The translations under genes and the position numbers were made by a program. Below, one piece after another: positions 62,066 to 64,000 of a stretch of DNA of 64,000 nucleotides. This stretch comes from an uncultured Planctomycetales bacterium (GTDB lineage Bacteria; Omnitrophota; Gorgyraeia; Gygaellales; Profunditerraquicolaceae): the NCBI GenBank assembly GCA_964427405.1, contig CAYRUB010000002.1, positions 68,741-132,740 of the forward strand. The letters are read 5' to 3'. Under the pieces are notes generated by a model that had not been told where the DNA came from, did no database searches, and saw nothing but the letters and a program-made list of their open reading frames with translations. Every line of letters begins with the position of its first letter. The stretch's first letter is position 1.

Positions 62066-64000
62066 ATGAGCCAAAAAGGTATTGATCGGTTAATTATAAG
62101 CAGTCCCTATGAAGAGCCCAAAGAGCATTGGCTGTATATTCGGGAAACACAGGAGTTTGTGCTTCAGCCCGGGCGTAGGCAATCTGGATATTGGCGTGCA
62201 ACCGCAAAGACAGCGCAGAACTTTGATGACCCGGGCGAATTTGTTTCGATAGAGTTGGTTAATAAAATTCGGCCAAGGGTCAAACAATGGAAAGAAAGCG
62301 GATATCCGAATGTAACTGGTGTTACGCAAAAACTGCTTCGTTTCTGGAATGACAGCGCCCAACGTAATCAACCTTTCTTTTGGTGCCAGTTAGAAGCGGT
62401 TGAGACGGCCATATGGTTGGCTGAGGCAAGCTCTGCCGAGAAACAAGGTATTGAGATTCCCAATGATGGGAGTGCGTGGGAGCGGCAATGCTTAAAGCTC
62501 GCCACAGGAACAGGAAAAACAGTTGTCATGGCCATGCTTATCGCGTGGCAGGCTTTGAATAAGATTGCAAACCCAAAAGATCAGAGATTTTCAAAGAACG
62601 TCCTTGTCATAGCGCCGGGTTTGACCGTTCGTGATAGATTACAGGTTCTTTTGCCAGAGAATAGCGAGAATTTTTATCAGCTCTTCTCTCTTATGGATTC
62701 AACCATGTGGCAAGAATTACTGCAAGCCAAGATCGTTGTGACCAATTGGCATACTCTGGCACCGATCAATGAGAATTACGGCCCAAAGGTTGTGAAGAAA
62801 GGCCCGGAAAGCGAAGAGGCTTTTTTCCGTAGGGTCATGCCTGACTTTGGAAACGCAGGCAATATTTTGATAATCAACGATGAGGCCCATCATTGTCATC
62901 GTCCATCGGCAGATGAAGACGAAGATGAGAAAGAAAAGGCCACGATTTGGGTGAGCGGTATTGACCGTATTCATACATCTCGGGGCGTTTTGAGGGCTTA
63001 TGATTTATCTGCTACGCCGTTTAAGCCAACGGGAAAAATTAATCAAGGCGAACAGCTTTTCACTTGGATCGTAAGCGATTTTGGGTTGAACGATGCTATT
63101 GAAAGTGGATTAGTAAAAACCCCTAAGGTCGCGGTGCGTGATGATTCCAATCTTGGCCCGGATTTAAAGTCAAAACTCTTTCATATCTACCCGGAAGTGC
63201 GGGAAGATCTCAATCGTAGAGCTGAACCGCACGAGGGCTTGCCTGATTTAGTGAGAAATGCTGTTAATATTTTGGGTGGCGATTGGTTGAAAGAAAAAGA
63301 AAGCTGGGCGAATCAAGAGCAACCTCGAGAAACTCCGCCGGTAATGATTATGATTTGTAATCGCACTGAAACAGCGGCGCGGCTGGAATATTCAATGGTG
63401 AACGGCTACTTTGCGGTTGATGAACTCGGCGAGAAGGACGCGCTGATTCGTATAGACCAAGACGCGCTGGATAAGATTGAATCCGATGAGGCAGAGCGCA
63501 TTAATGCTGATAAGTCTGGTAAGGAATTAGTTGAATCTCAGCGTGAGAAATTTAATACGGTAGGAAAAAAAGGAAAAGCCGGTGAACAGATTCAGTGCGT
63601 AATCGGCGTTAACATGCTCTCCGAAGGTTGGGACGCCCGGACAGTGACGCATATACTCGGGCTCCGTGCGTTTACGAGTCAGCTTTTGTGTGAACAGGTT
63701 ATCGGACGAGGCTTGCGCCGAATTTCATATGACGTGAATCCCGAGACGGGCTTGTATGAATCTGAATATGTCACAGTTTTTGGCGTACCTTTTACTTTCC
63801 TTCCGGCTGAACAACAAGAGGGGCCTCCTCGTGTAGAAAAGCCTAAGATAAAAATTGAGCCAGTTCAAGACCGCAAAGCACAAGAGATTGGTTGGCCGCA
63901 TGTGTTGCGGGTTGAGTATAAACTTAATTATTTTCTTGATTTAGACTGGGAAAAACTTGCGAAGTTAGTGTTATCCGCCGAAGATGCCCCTACTATTGTT
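62066..64000 (+). CDS. res: Type III restriction enzyme Res subunit (SF2 helicase-nuclease), 3' end outside the window
   Basis: Not in the ORF track because no stop is reached. ATG 62066 lies 2 nt after the mod stop, and I translated the first ~300 codons by hand and found them open. SPYEEPKEHW N-terminus, Walker A LATGTGKT, DEAH box IINDEAHH, and motif VI QVIGRGLRR. Confidence 0.85.
   Translation, partial: MSQKGIDRLIISSPYEEPKEHWLYIRETQEFVLQPGRRQSGYWRATAKTAQNFDDPGEFVSIELVNKIRPRVKQWKESGYPNVTGVTQKLLRFWNDSAQRNQPFFWCQLEAVETAIWLAEASSAEKQGIEIPNDGSAWERQCLKLATGTGKTVVMAMLIAWQALNKIANPKDQRFSKNVLVIAPGLTVRDRLQVLLPENSENFYQLFSLMDSTMWQELLQAKIVVTNWHTLAPINENYGPKVVKKGPESEEAFFRRVMPDFGNAGNILIINDEAHHCHRPSADEDEDEKEKATIWVSGIDRIHTSRGVLRAYDLSATPFKPTGKINQGEQLFTWIVSDFGLNDAIESGLVKTPKVAVRDDSNLGPDLKSKLFHIYPEVREDLNRRAEPHEGLPDLVRNAVNILGGDWLKEKESWANQEQPRETPPVMIMICNRTETAARLEYSMVNGYFAVDELGEKDALIRIDQDALDKIESDEAERINADKSGKELVESQREKFNTVGKKGKAGEQIQCVIGVNMLSEGWDARTVTHILGLRAFTSQLLCEQVIGRGLRRISYDVNPETGLYESEYVTVFGVPFTFLPAEQQEGPPRVEKPKIKIEPVQDRKAQEIGWPHVLRVEYKLNYFLDLDWEKLAKLVLSAEDAPTIV

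Noticed and set aside
62090-62974. Minus-strand ORFs 62090-62371 and 62717-62974
   Set aside because: They lie antisense within the open, motif-rich res reading frame (Walker A, DEAH) and have no independent support.

Overview
This 64-kb window comes from an AT-rich diderm bacterium, shown by the LPS, BamA and Skp genes. The Rnf complex, split transketolase and many TPR/PilZ proteins suggest an uncultivated lineage, but that placement is inference only.

Bases 1-54,300 are tightly packed core chromosome:
- partial MFS gene, rnfC-G-D-E-A-B, purN, an FtsH-like protease, eno-ftsB
- an NlpC/P60 lipoprotein, then PilZ, DUF2062, GNAT and a large glycoside-phosphorylase-like gene
- a minus-strand sugar-modification operon (SDR, DegT aminotransferase, GT2, two B12-radical-SAM enzymes, methyltransferase) facing a GT-C/TPR transferase
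- hisG, a 36-aa bS22-like basic peptide absent from the ORF track, split transketolase, ispE, spoVG
- glmU-prs-rplY-pth, rpsF-ssb-rpsR-rplI, dnaB, bamA-skp-lpxD-lpxC/fabZ-lpxA-lpxI
- a sensor kinase / response regulator / archease / rtcB / serS operon

I folded seven tRNA genes by hand: fMet, Gln, Arg, Lys and three Ser.

The last ~10 kb is accessory. It holds a free-standing LAGLIDADG endonuclease wedged between two tRNA-Ser genes and a secreted PLD/Nuc-like protein with wHTH domains. Next to tRNA-Ser(GGA) lies a large serine recombinase gene bracketed by 91-bp perfect inverted repeats with a crossover-like palindromic core. Downstream are a 72% G+C hairpin-rich non-coding island, a 33-aa hydrophobic ORF, an XRE/C-protein-like HTH gene, and a Type III mod-res pair that runs off the window.

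The recombinase/inverted-repeat module and its possible control of the adjacent island is my top candidate for a new system.

A dispersed family of intergenic hairpins, with variable stems and GAGC/GAAC...GAA loops, marks four operon boundaries.

No CRISPR array and no rRNA were seen. All family calls rest on motifs read by eye, no database search was possible, and start codons are approximate.
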